A stretch of DNA of 56,084 bases, counting the filler, from Porpidia crustulata (taxonomy: Eukaryota): NCBI GenBank assembly GCA_964255105.1. It is 5 parts of 5 records of this genome, joined end to end, with 100 filler letters (N's around TTAATTAATTAA, not from the genome) between each part and the next. Parts side by side here need not be neighbours in the genome. Positions count along the whole stretch, not along the records: positions 22,521 to 33,676 come from CAXUWE010000692.1; positions 33,777 to 44,886 come from CAXUWE010000693.1; 3 more parts are not named here. One strand, given 5' to 3'. The stretch's first letter is position 1. Each line of letters opens with the position of its first letter. Made by a program: the position numbers and the translations under genes. Positions 24,249 through 36,898 of the stretch are shown in pieces. The notes beneath the pieces are model-generated. The model was not told where the DNA came from. It made no database searches and was given only the letters and a program-made list of their open reading frames with translations.

Positions 24249-26540
24249 TTAGAAGCTGGTTTCCCTTCTTCGTTTAGACGTCGACTCTTCTGCTCCCTCA
24301 TCCCTACACCTCTTCTTTCCCCTCGTCAGCGGCCCTGCCAGCAGGTCCTCTGGCTCAGGCATCTCCACCCTTACAACCCATCTTCTCTGCCTCTTTCGTG
24401 GTCTCTCGTGCTCTGTTGAAGATCCTTCATCCAAGTCAAGCTTGTTAGCCCTTTCCAATGCCCTCTTTCTTTTCGCGGCGAGTGCTCGCTTTGCCTTTGA
24501 GGCGTCGCTAGCCTTTGGATTCAGATACGTGTACTTCACTATATCTCCCATGTGAAATTCGAGCATGGTTTTAGTATCTCGCTCGAGACGCCTCATTTTT
24601 GCCGTTTTGGGTTCAACCCTAAGTTTCATATCTGAGAGACCGTGTGTTAAAGTGCCCTCGTGCTTGCGGTTGGGCGCGTCGTAGCGTGGATAATTCCTAG
24701 GTACATTGTCCCCTTTGCACTCCTTGATAAACCTTTCTGCCCAATCGACTTCCTCTCGCGAGCTTAGCGCCATGGGATTGTGTTCTTTAGGTTCTTTACG
24801 GAGTTTGCGATTATCGGGGCGGATCATGAGATCTTTACAGATTTCAGGGAAATCGAGGAATCTCTCGAGGCAGTCCAAATGAACGTAGCCGGCGTTCCAG
24901 TGAGGATCAATATCCTTATTCTTAAGAGATTGCTGATCGAAAGCGACCCGATATTGGCCACTGGCGATTAATTTTCCATCTGCAGGACAGTCAATGAAAC
25001 GACAGCGCTGGGATAGATGGTTGGGATAGCGATGACCAGAGTCTCCAGGCTTACGTTGAATCCAGAGGATGAGGCCCTTTCTTTGATGTTGAGGGTTGGT
25101 GTACAGAAATCTATGAATCTCCTCTGGGGAGTAGAATTCTTCAGGCTCGAGTTCGCCATATTGAGTATATTTAAAGATGTCCCATGATTTCGGCGGTCTT
25201 GCGAGAGGAGGATAGTGCTCTTCTGGATTGAATTCGAGGATTTTTTTCGTGCGAGCGCTGATCTTGTAGTTTGGATTCGCTGCGAGAGCCTTGGCAATTT
25301 TCTCCTCCGCGTCCCCTTTGTATATGCGATAATAATTCGAAGCTAGGCTTTTCGGCAATTTGGGTTTGGGGTGCTCGAGTCTATCAATGACGGGCTGCAT
25401 TGAGGACGATCTCGATGAGCCTCCGCAGTCTGGCGAAACTTGTTCTCGTGCTGAAGGTCGAAGTTGCTCAACATCTGGTTCAGCTAATGTGAGCTGCGTA
25501 GTATTGACATTCTGGAAATACTCTGGTGAGTCTTGCGTTCTATGCATAGGTCGTGAAACTCGCGGAAATGGTGGCTGCGCAGCCTGTGCGGGGAAGCCTC
25601 TAGACAACGGAATTGGAACCCACTTCGGGATATCATTCACTTGAACATGCAGTTCCGGGGCGTGCGGTCTGGTTTCTCTCGGGGTCTGCATGGGTTGTAG
25701 GTTGGAGTTGTGTAGAAGAGGGTAAGAAGACTGACCTATTTGACTAGGTACCCTGAATATGTCATCTGACACGCAAGGCAACGAAGGGTACACTTCAGCG
25801 TCGGCGGTATAGGAATGCTGCTGAACGGGTGGCATTTGGAATGGGATCATATTACTCACAGATACGAACTGGTCAGTGTTAGCCTGTGGTATCGTATTGA
25901 AGTCCATAGCCTCGAAAGTATCGTCCAATAACGGAAATGTAGCGGACGGCCCAAAGAGCAGGTCGAGCATTTCTGGCGAAAAATCAGGCACCATGAATGA
26001 AGGATCGTCCGTTACTTGGACAGCTTCCTGGGGAATCTCAAAGCTTCCACCTTGCGGTACAAAGCCGCTTGGTGGAGTCAAGCCTTCTTGAAACGTTTCC
26101 ATTGCTGGTGCGAAGAGCTGGTCCAACATTGATGGCGATATGTTAGCTATGTCCTCGAAATTGTTTTCGAGAGGTCGATACTCAGACTCATCTATGTCTT
26201 GGTTTGTCTTGGCCATGTGGCCTGGTACTTCGATGGAACCGCCAACAGTAGGATATGCTGCGCCGATTTCCATATCCATTGATTGATCATTCAATAGACC
26301 GGTATAGCCTCCAGAGTAAGTCTGTCGGTTCATTTCGTCAATTTCCCTGTCCATCCGCTCCAATGTACTTGGAGTGCTTGGCGGCGAAGTCGTCTGTTCG
26401 GGCACTCGTTCACTCGCTTCTTGATTGTGTGGCTGCCGAGTCTCTGGAACATTCATTATATATGAGAAAGAATCTTCATATATAGCCGGCGAAATGACTT
26501 TGTTGCTTTTGTTCGTATGCTGCTTGTTCATTCCCGTCAT
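24249..26540 (-). CDS. Hypothetical ~760-aa protein: acidic/P-rich N-terminal half, globular Cys/His-containing C-terminal domain, basic NLS-like tail; start uncertain
   Basis: Uninterrupted ORF of 2.7 kb. The region upstream of about 26540 looks non-coding. LWIQRKPGDSGHRYP..CRFIDCP..RVAFDQ..NAGYVHLDCLERFLDFPEIC. Confidence 0.7.
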   Translation of the reverse strand: MTGMNKQHTNKSNKVISPAIYEDSFSYIMNVPETRQPHNQEASERVPEQTTSPPSTPSTLERMDREIDEMNRQTYSGGYTGLLNDQSMDMEIGAAYPTVGGSIEVPGHMAKTNQDIDESEYRPLENNFEDIANISPSMLDQLFAPAMETFQEGLTPPSGFVPQGGSFEIPQEAVQVTDDPSFMVPDFSPEMLDLLFGPSATFPLLDDTFEAMDFNTIPQANTDQFVSVSNMIPFQMPPVQQHSYTADAEVYPSLPCVSDDIFRVPSQIGQSSYPLLHNSNLQPMQTPRETRPHAPELHVQVNDIPKWVPIPLSRGFPAQAAQPPFPRVSRPMHRTQDSPEYFQNVNTTQLTLAEPDVEQLRPSAREQVSPDCGGSSRSSSMQPVIDRLEHPKPKLPKSLASNYYRIYKGDAEEKIAKALAANPNYKISARTKKILEFNPEEHYPPLARPPKSWDIFKYTQYGELEPEEFYSPEEIHRFLYTNPQHQRKGLILWIQRKPGDSGHRYPNHLSQRCRFIDCPADGKLIASGQYRVAFDQQSLKNKDIDPHWNAGYVHLDCLERFLDFPEICKDLMIRPDNRKLRKEPKEHNPMALSSREEVDWAERFIKECKGDNVPRNYPRYDAPNRKHEGTLTHGLSDMKLRVEPKTAKMRRLERDTKTMLEFHMGDIVKYTYLNPKASDASKAKRALAAKRKRALERANKLDLDEGSSTEHERPRKRQRRWVVRVEMPEPEDLLAGPLTRGKKRCRDEGAEESTSKRRRETSF

Positions 26541-28430
26541 ATTGAGCTCAAGTTTGGCTAGTATGTAGAGTAAAATTATTGTTCTTGGCCCCAAAATCGA
26601 CGGGTCAGTGTCGTCGATATACAACATGACTGTTCCTTGATACAAGCTTCTCTTTGTCCTTCGATCATCAGGCTTTGTTGGGAGGATTGTCTTGCGTCGA
26701 ACAATTAAGAAAGCAGTAACAATGCATTGAAGCTTGACAAAGAGGCGTGACATGATTGCTTTGTATTGAAAATTGTAGAGCGTTATCGCTTTGTTGGACC
26801 TCGAGACAACGAGCATTATGAAAAAGAGACTAAGAAATGGCATACTAGGAGACCGTGATTTTGGAATCATGCAGTTTTCACTTAAGTTTCTTGCCAAATG
26901 GAAAGAGTGAGCTTTTAAACGAGAGAGCGTATCCGGTGAACGTATTTCTAGGTGAGATGTGGACATATGACACGACATGGATGCTCGGCATACTACCGAC
27001 GATTCTGTTGACACAGGTACCTGATGGATGGAAAATCACACGAGCCAAGTGACGCTCAACTGCTTGTATTTCGCTTCTAGGTATTTGTATGGAGGCGATT
27101 AAGAAAAGCGTCAGAAGAAGCCTTGACTGCAGGCTTTTCGGGTTTGCAAGTACCGAGTTGATGTTCATAAGTCAACTCTCGACCTAGCATTACATTGGGC
27201 CCTAGGTTTGATGCAATTGTCAATATAAGTTCCCTAATGTGTACATGCAGCAGCGTTTATATAGAATGGGTTGATTCTTGTCAGAAGGTCTCCAAGATAA
27301 GAGATGTCCACATTGAATTTCAGAACAGGTCTGTGATAATTCATATGATTTTCATCAGGAGGATCGATATATATATAGCCATGGAAAGAAATAGAATAGA
27401 ACTCACTTCAAGTCCGAATTCAATGTGGGCCTTCGGAATAGCGCTTCGTTGATAGAGACATTGGTGATAATCATGGACAGCTGGCGAAAGGCCGACTAAG
27501 CGGGTATCATGGATAGATCATCCGCTTAAATACGATCGAGTGTCCCACATTGATCCCCACATCATGTAGCGCTTGAGGGACTACTAGCATAATGATCGTC
27601 GAGTAGCACTTGTGGAACGACTTACTTGCTCTCGGCATTGGCGGTGTCGTTGTTGTAAGTCAAACTTCCTGTCATTCGCGGGTCCCTCGTCCCTTGGCTC
27701 TGATATGTCAATCGAGGGTTTAACTCGAAGGCTGATTCTGGAGGATTTGTCCGTCATTGAGTAAGACTTCACGATTCCTAGCATCATAGTCGGTGGACAA
27801 AGAGGTAGTAGAGACGGCGTAAGACACCAAGATCGTGAGGATTGGATGATTGGAATTTCGTCAACATCTTTCATTTTCTTTTCAATCACATTTAGTGTGA
27901 TGCCAATGTACAACAATGATATGTTCCAAGTTCGACTGCACATGAAATGCTGTCAGGTAATTGTGATCGTCGTGTCGTTGAGCGGTCATCGAATTGGAAT
28001 CCTCTCCATGAGCCCTGCATGTAGATCTTGATATTTGATCTTGTGCTCTGAGTATATCTTATTGTAACTGCTCCCCAAGTCATAGCTCAGAAACGGGACG
28101 CCTATCAAAGCACAATGGTGGATGCATGTGTTCAGTTTTTCTGGCGTTGATGGAAGAAATGCTAGCGTGAGCCTAAAGTGCGGCGTTACTCTACACTAGC
28201 CACACCTTAAATCCGAGAAGCGCTGCGGTGGTACGAGGCAAAGGCGTCCAAATGGTTCTCCAGTCAATACGGCAAGGCAATTGTCCACGCGTTCCAATGC
28301 CCACTATGGTATGCTTCACTTATCGTCGATCGATCTGACTCGCATGAACACTATTTGAGGTCGGCCTGGCGAACAGTGGAGCCTGCTGGCAAGCCTGCGC
28401 CATCCAGTCTTTCCTGTGCACACTCAAAGA

Positions 28431-31400
28431 ATGACGGAGAACAATCCAGAACTGCAGGCGAAGCTGCGGCAGTTAGATCATGAGCTGGACGAAGGAGACA
28501 TCACAGCCAAAGGATACCAAAAGCGGCGAACTCTGATACTTTCAGAGTATTTGTCACCACAGCAGATTGACCAAGTACAAGGAGGATTGAGGGTGCACTC
28601 TCCCGACGATACTGCGCATCCATCTCAAAATGGATCGCGTTCAGCTTCATTCGCAGCCTTGACCCAGCGCTCGACTCATGGGAGTTTGTCGGGGAAAAAT
28701 GACCCACGGCATAGTATGGCAGTAAGCGAATTAGAGAGGTTTGACGGGCAAAGCGACTACAGTCCTCGGGGGTTCGGGGGTACGCAAAGCCAAGCAGACC
28801 AATACGGGGAAAAGAGATTGGGTGTGACCAACCCAGACCAAGATCGCGCTCCGCGTATTCATGATTTACAGATCGAATCTAGACCATCAGACTTGAGTCA
28901 ACATTTCGAGAGAGAGCCTATGAATACCAATTATGCCTTCAATCCTGCAAATAATGCCGAATACATGGAGCAGCAAGGTGGTGGGCATGGCGCATCGGAC
29001 GGTGACCAGACTCGACAGTCAACTATGCTGGAATCGCAGCAAAACTACTTCTCTGATTTTGCTGGTCACCAGAACGAGGAACAGCATGACAGCTATGGAG
29101 GTGGACCTCATCGTTATTCTACCACAGACGCCTTCTCTCCCACAGCAGCCATGGCGCCGCCAATGCTGAAGAATAGCGATTTGCCTTCGCTGGGTACTGC
29201 AAACCATCTATTGCCTTTAGAACCTGGAGATGTCCCATTTGCTGTGTACGATCCTCACAATGGAAACGTTCCGATGTCCAAGTTTGACAACATTGCAATG
29301 GTTCTTCGGCATCGAGCTCGTACGATTCCCCGACAGCCCGCCTACTGGGTTTTGGATCAGAAAGGTAAAGAAATGTCGTCAATTACTTGGGAAAAACTTG
29401 CCAGTAGGGCGGAAAAAGTAGCGCAAGTGATCAGAGAAAAGAGTAATTTGTACGGAGGCGACCGAGTAGCTTTGATATATCGGGATACTGAAATTATTGA
29501 CTTCGCAGTTGCGCTCATGGGATGCTTCATTGCAGGTGTTGTTGGGGTTCCTATCAATGACTTGAACGACTATGCACGATTGAACGTGGTTCTCACCACC
29601 ACCCAGGCCCATTTGGCTTTGACTACAGATGCAAACCTCAAGAACTTCCAGCGAGACATCACCACAAACAAATTGAATTGGCCACGCGGCGTAGAATGGT
29701 GGAAGACCAATGATCTTGGGAGCTTTCATCCTAAGAAAAAGGAAGAGATTCCTCCCCTGGTGGTTCCCGATCTTGCCTACATAGAATTTTCCAAGGCTCC
29801 TACTGGTGATTTGCGTGGCGTTGTAATGAGTCATAGAACGATCATGCACCAGATGGCTTGTCTGAGTGCTATTATTGCAACGGTTCCTAATAATACGAAT
29901 GATACCTTTAACTCAGGATTAAGGGACAGAACTGGGAGATTAATGGCTGGTGGTGGTGCTGGTGAAGTACTCTTAAGCTACCTGGACCCTCGCCAGAGCA
30001 TTGGTTTGATTCTTGGAGCACTTTTGACTGTTTATGGCGGCCATACCACCGTTTGGATGGAGGCTCGTGCTGTTGATACCCCAGGACTTTATGCAAATCT
30101 CCTTACCAAGTATAAAGCAACTCTTATGGCGGCGGATTACCCAGGGCTAAAACGTGCAGCGTATAATTATCAATCCGATCCCATGACTACACGGAACTTC
30201 AAGAAAAATTTCGAGCCTAATTTTTCGAGCGTAAAATTATGTTTAATTGATACTCTAACCATCGATTGTGAATTCCACGAGCTCTTGGCAGACAGATGGC
30301 TTAGACCGTTAAGAAATCCCAGGGCTAGGGAGGTTGTTGCTCCAATGCTTTGTCTTCCTGAGCATGGTGGCATGGTTATATCTATGCGAGATTGGCTTGG
30401 CGGAGAGGAGAGAATGGGCTGTCCATTAAAGATGCTTGAAAGAGACGATGGAGAGGATGAGAATGAGAAAAAGGAAATGAAGCCGGTAATTCCATCGAAC
30501 GGTTATGGTAGCTTGATTGGTGGTGGCGCGGCGCAGCCAACGCACGAGACAACTCGCACAGAACTCAGTGAAGTACTTCTCGACAAAGAATCCTTGAAGA
30601 CAAACGAAGCTATTGTGCTAGCAGTAGGTGAGGAAGCTAGCAAAAGGGCCGCGAGCGAGCCCGGTACAGTTCGCGTCGGAGCTTTTGGATACCCAATTCC
30701 AGACGCAACTTTGGCGGTTGTAGATCCGGAAACTAGCCTGCTATGCACCCCCTGCGTAATTGGTGAAATCTGGGTTGACTCCCCTTCATTATCCGGTGGC
30801 TTTTGGGCTCTACCAAAACACACAGAAACCATATTTCATGCTCGCCCGTATAAATTTCAAGAAGGAAATCCTACTCCCATGGCTGTAGAGCCCGAATTCC
30901 TTCGGACTGGACTCCTAGGCACCGTTATCGAAGGAAAGATCTTCATTCTTGGGCTTTACGAGGATCGATTACGACAAAAAGTCGAATGGGTAGAACATGG
31001 TATGGAAGCTGCTGAATATCGATACTTTTTCGTACAGCATCTTGTCCTCAGCATAATGAAGAATGTCCCAAAAATACATGATTGCTCTGCACTCGACGTC
31101 TATGTTAATGACGAGCATCTGCCTATTATTTTACTCGAATCCACTGCTGCTTCCACGGCACCGACAACTTCTGGCGGTCCACCGCGGCAACTCGATACTC
31201 CACTTCTAGATTCATTGTCTGAGCGTTGCATGGAAGTCCTGTATCAAGAGCACCACCTTCGGATCTACTGTGTGATGATTACAGCCCCTAATACATTACC
31301 AAGAGTGTTCAAGAACGGTCGAAAAGAAATAGGCAATATGCTCTGTCGACGAGATTTTGATTTAGGCATCCTACCATGCGTTCACGTTAAATTTGGGGTA

Positions 31401-33676
31401 GAACGGTCTGTGTTGAATCTGCCTGTTGGTGTGGACCCTGTGGGTGGAATCTGGTCACCTATGTCTACTGCCGCAAGGCAAGATATCTTATCTATGCAGG
31501 AGAAGCAATATTCTGGAGTTGATTACCGTGAAGTGGTTATCGATGATAGAACTTCAACGCCTCTGAATAATTTCTCAAGTATTGTGGACCTTTTGCAATG
31601 GCGCGTTGCACGGCAGGCCGAAGAGTTGGCTTATTGTACAATTGATGGGCGAGGTAAAGAGGGTCGGGGGGTCAATTGGAAGAAATTCGATACCAAAGTT
31701 GCCGCAGTCGCGTTATACCTTCAGAACAAAGCCAAGATACGACCTGGAGATCATGTGGTTCTCATGTACACACATTCTGAGGAATTTGTATATGCTGTTC
31801 ATGCTTGCTTCTGCCTCGGAGCGGTAGCCGTCCCCATGGCACCGTTGGATCAGAATCGCTTGAACGAAGACGCACCCGCCTTTCTCCACATAGTCACAGA
31901 TTTCAGGGTCAAGGCAGTCCTAGTCAACGCTGAAGTCGATCATCTCCTGAAGCTCAAGATTGTCTCGCAACATATCAAACAGTCTGCTCAAGTTCTGAAA
32001 GTAGCTATACCACCTAATTATAACACCACAAAACCTCCTAAGCAATCAAATGGTTGTAGGGAACTGGGTTTCACCATGAAACCCGCATGGGTCAAGTCCA
32101 ATTATCCTGTCTTGATATGGACTTATTGGACTTCTGATCAGCGACGCGTAGCAGTCCAGCTCGGTCATGATACCATCATGGGCACATGCAAAGTACAGAA
32201 AGAGACCTGTCAAATGACTAGTTCCAGACCTGTCCTTGGTTGTGTTAGAAGCACCATGGGCCTTGGATTTGTGCATACATGCTTGATGGGCGTGTTTGTC
32301 GGTGCTCCCACATATCTAGTATCACCCGTCGACTTTGCATCGAATCCTCAATCACTCTTCCTCACACTATCGCGATATAAGATCAAAGACACCTATGCTA
32401 CAGGGCAGATGCTGGATCATGCCATGGCCACAATGCCTGGCAAGGGTTTCACTCTACATGAACTCAAGAACATGATGATATCGACAGAAGGTAGACCAAG
32501 GGTGGACGTTTGTAAGTCGAGCGCGTTAACCTCTGTCAATTAAATCACAAAGCTAAAAGCAAACAGTCCAAAGGGTACGCTTACATTTTGCCGGCACTGG
32601 TCTGGATCGCACAGCTATCAACACAATATACTCACACGTTCTGAACCCCATGATTGCCTCTCGATCATACATGTGCATTGAGCCTATTGAGTTATGGCTC
32701 GATACTAGAGCCCTGAGGAGAGGCCTTGTCTACCCGGTCGATCCTGACACTGACCCTTCCGCACTTCTTGTCCAAGATTCTGGCATGGTTCCTGTAAGTA
32801 CTCAAATCGCCATTGTGAATCCAGAAACTCGTCTATTGTGCCATATTGGAGAATACGGTGAGATTTGGGTTCAGTCGGAAGCTTGCGTCAAATCTTTCTA
32901 CGGGTCCAAAGATGCTTTTGACGTGGAGAGATTCAATGGCCGAACAGTCGATGGGGACCCTCATGTCATGTATGTGAGGACTGGAGACCTTGGCTTCTTA
33001 CATAATGTCACGCGACCAATTGGCCCAGGGGGTCAACAGGTAGAGATGCAAGTACTCTTCGTTCTTGGCGGCATAGGCGAGACATTTGAGGTCAATGGGC
33101 TCAGCCACTTTCCTATGGATATTGAGTATTCCATCGAAAAGTGCCATCGGAATATCGTATCTGGTGGATGGTGAGTTATTCAACCACACCGTGGCCAAGT
33201 GCCGTGACTCGTAGCTAATGTCACCGATAGTGCTGTCTTTCAAGCTGGCGGCCTTGTCGTTGTCCTCGTCGAAGTTGTCCGGAAAGCCTACCTCGCCTCC
33301 ATTGTTCCCGTTATCGTCAATGCCGTCCTTAATGAACACCAAGTCATCGTCGATATCGTCGCCTTTGTCTCCAAAGGCGACTTCCCTCGCTCTCGCCTTG
33401 GTGAAAAACAGCGTGGCAAAATTTTAGCATCATGGGTGACGCGCAAACTCCGCACAATCGCACAGTTTGGAATCCGTGACCCGGATGGAGCAGACAGCCA
33501 GATTACTGAAGTTGCCGAACCAAGAAGTAGGGTGGGAAGCATCCGTGGCATCGGCAGCTCGTTGAAAAACGTCAACACCATCACCGAACATCCAGCGCAG
33601 TATCCTCAGAAAGACTTTGCTCCCTTACCGACCGGCATATCCGAAATGCCCACCCCCTATGAATCCTCCATCGTCG
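28431..33676 (+). CDS. CPS1: DIP2/Cmr2/CPS1-family protein (DMAP1-binding N-terminus + two adenylate-forming domains); 3' truncated
   Basis: ELDEGDITAKGYQKRRT; LAYIEFSKAPTGDLRGV; FLRTGLLG; second domain RTGDLGF..FPRSRLGEKQRGKIL. Introns 32512-32566 and 33171-33230. Confidence 0.92.
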
Positions 33677-33776
33677 NNNNNNNNNNNNNNNNNNNNNNNN
33701 NNNNNNNNNNNNNNNNNNNNTTAATTAATTAANNNNNNNNNNNNNNNNNNNNNNNNNNNNNNNNNNNNNNNNNNNN
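33677..33776. other. Artificial contig linker
   Basis: N44-TTAATTAATTAA-N44. Confidence 0.98.
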
Positions 33777-36545
33777 GACCCTGCCCACCTCGACGTCCTC
33801 CCCCCTCTCGCTCTCCACCGCGGCCAGCAGCCCCGCCACCATTTGATCGACTTGGCTCTCCTCGACGCCCGTGCACAGCGCGACGACGCGTTTCAGCTGC
33901 GCCTCTAGCACCGTACTCTTGCTCGCGAGATCCTTGGCCTGCGCGTCGAGCCGCGCGTTGTTCCTGCGGTACGCAGCGACGCGCGCCTGGAGGACCCCGG
34001 CGGAGGGCTAGGAGGCGACGTAGGCGAATTGCTGGGGCGTGAGGTCTCGAGGGTTTACGGGGTCGATGTTGGTCAGTGAAGGGTCGATCTCGAGGCCGGC
34101 GTCTGCTTCGCCAATTTTGACGTCCGATCGGGCTTCTATGGAGGCGTTTCCGGATCGGAGGAGTAGGGCACGTTGCTCGTCGTTTGCGCGGCGGAGGCTG
34201 GCGATTTTGCGGCGGAGATCCTTGCGCTCTGAAGATTTGCGTTGGAGGTCTTCGAGTTGGCGGCGCTCCGTGGCGAGGAGGGAGGTGGTCTCGCGAAGGG
34301 TGGCGTGGGTTTGGTCGATGAGGGATTGTTTGGTTTGAAGTTCGGATTTGAAGGATGAGGAGGTGTCGGAAAGGAGTGTTGAAATTGCTAGAAAGGAGAT
34401 TAGAGACATGCTTTTGTGCGAAGAATGGAGAGATCACATACAGTTCATGAGTTCCTGGCTACTATCTAAGACCCTACTCACGGGGTTCTTTTCTGATTTC
34501 GTGATCTGATTGTTTGGTTGGATATCCGCAGGCTCCGGGGTCCCCCCAACGCCAAAATCGATGGGCTTGAGGCCACCACGGTTCGGGATTGACGCGTTTG
34601 CACCAACTTCGAGAAGCTGTTGCGTGATACTTTTGTTGCCGATTCTCGCTGCGAGATTCAATGCCGTGTCTCCAGACATGTCTTCGGCATTCACAATCTC
34701 AGCCATGAACCTAGCAAGACCAATTGGTTTGATGGCTGGCACTATGCTGGTCTCAGGACCATTGAATGAGTTTTGCTGGCTATTTTGGGCGCTTCCCTGC
34801 CGTACGACGAATTCCAATAGGGATTCGAGATAATAGCGGCATGCCTGACTTCGGCCTTTGACGGCAGAAGAGACTGCAATGTGATGTAAGACAGTGCGAC
34901 CACGACCATCTCTTATCTCTATCGTCGGACCAAGTAGTTCCAATAACTCTGGGAAACTGCTTTGGTCGAGGTTGTTGGTGGTTAGCGCTGCACGGATCAA
35001 CGCGGTTTCGCCCCCACCGTTAAGGCGGAAAATACTCGCCCCTTTTGCTATGAGAGCGCGCAGTAGCGAAGTCCGTGCCAAGGTCGCGGCCCAATGCAGA
35101 GCAGTATGCGCGGTTGCGTCGATTGGAATATCAAGGTCTTCACCAGATAGTTGGAGCAGAACCGGGTGGTTCGAAAAGTCTGTTTTTGATGGATCGAGAA
35201 AAAGAGAAGTGAGCATTTGTTGTTTCTTCATCGTGGTACCATTGGCAGGTTGAGGAAGAGGCGCTAGTCCTGTGGTTGTAATGTCTATATTAGGTTGACT
35301 TTGATAGGCAAATAATTCATTTGGCTCCGTGGGCGACATTTCCCTCATGGATGTGTCATAATTCATATCATAAGTAAAAGGATCTTGGCTGGAAGAAGGT
35401 TTTGCACGCTTTCGTGGTGGTTCGTTGATATCCCCATTTTGATTTTCACGCACGTTAGTGAAGTATGGCCCACTATGGCCCCGAAGAGCCGGATCAAGGT
35501 GACTGTTCGCCCCAAAGCTGTTCTCAGAGTGTAAGCTCTGCATGCTTTGCTGACTACTACCAGCATACATGGATTCTTGACTACCCATCATCCGCTGTGA
35601 CGATTTTCGCGCCGGCGCTGGACGCTTATTGCCGCTACCTGGGCGAGGTCCTGGAGAATCAAATCTTGCTTTACTGATCGCATTCACGGCACTTGCTGCG
35701 GTCTTTGAGATGTTTTTGAAAAATGTTCCATTCGGGGAGGAGGCTGAGGGTCGATGATCAATTCCACCATTGAGCAGGTTTCTCTTTCGCTGGGCTGCCA
35801 TCGCCTGTTCTTTCGTAGGGGTATCTACATTGCCTTGACCGGCGATTGTCAATCCGTCTTGGCCCATATCATATTCTAACAGGGGCCGTAATAGCTCTTC
35901 AACACCATACCCTCGACAGAATTCCACCCCTCTTCTATAATTGATCCAGGTCCCTTGGTATTTGCCGTATCCGCCTTGAACCTTTTCGTGTTCGCCAGCA
36001 AGGATCTCTTTTTCCAAGACTTTTGTGCGTTTACCCTTGTCGATGCCTGCCACCTTGAGAATTTGCGTCGCATTCAACCACGAGTCATTGCGCCGACGCA
36101 TAACGGCTATTTGGTTTACTTCCATTTCATAGACAGCAACACCGGAGTATACGGCCTTGAAAATCCCAATTGATTAGCCAATCGTTTAGAAATATACACA
36201 TCATCTTTGTGATAGCCATACCGTATAGATTTGTGGTTTATGACCTGGGGGGTATTGCTGCTGTGATACATGGCTATTTGTGTCTCCAAAACTTCTCTGC
36301 GCATGATGTTGTGAGTGTAGCCCGTTCGGAGGTCCGTAATTGGACATGTTGTACGGTAAGATTTGCGGGTGCCCTCGAGACGCGGGTGGGGTCGGAGTTG
36401 GTGTAGATATGATTGATTGAGGAGCGTCAAAAGAATTGTGGCCAGCCTGAGAGAGATTCATACCGTTCATGGAAGAGTCTGTACTGTTCTGGGAAAACGA
36501 CGGTGGGGGATAGGAGGAAGAAGTGGCATGAAGGGTCGAAGCCAT
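33777..36545 (-). CDS. SWI6: APSES/KilA-N + ankyrin-repeat G1/S transcription factor (Swi6/Cdc10-type of filamentous fungi); in-frame TAG at 34010-34008; 3' truncated
   Basis: IYT|AVYSGVAVYEMEVNQIAVMRRRNDSWLNATQILK..EKVQGGYGKYQGTWI; ankyrins HTALHWAA, GRTVLHHIA, GDTALNLAAR; C-terminal coiled coil. Introns 36221-36156 and 34441-34388. Confidence 0.85.
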
Positions 36546-36898
36546 AAGGAAGTCGAGGGGAAATCGCGCCAGCGGAGAAAGGAAATTGAGGATATTGTTC
36601 ACACTGGGAGGTAATGCCAAGATCAAAGGCAGTGATTCTTGACGGGTAGTACTACTGCATGCTCGACTTGGAGTTCAATGCGCCAGTTGGTAGTTGGCTG
36701 AGTAATTTCGTGATTATTGAGAGACGAGTCGCGTTCTTTCTAAAGTGCATCGTGGGTGGGGAGAAAGGGATCTACGTGCTTTGGCGCGTACTCGTTTTCA
36801 CCCCTCAGAGGAACAGCAGGGCTAGGGTTAGGGTTATTTCACTAGTTTGAAACTAGTTGTTCCGTTGAGGTGAAAACGAGCACATCAGTCGCGCGAAA

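Noticed and set aside
26541..27014. N-terminal 158 aa of the 921-aa ORF
   Set aside because: Begins at a non-ATG codon and has non-coding-like composition; probably 5'UTR/promoter open by chance, though not excluded.
10389..33676. Secondary-metabolite cluster (acyltransferase, isochorismatase, adenylation domains)
   Set aside because: MCT1 is the stand-alone mitochondrial FAS enzyme; DIP2/CPS1 lacks thiolation and condensation domains; all three are on separate contigs.
36823..36836. TTAGGG telomere
   Set aside because: Only about two units, internal to a promoter.
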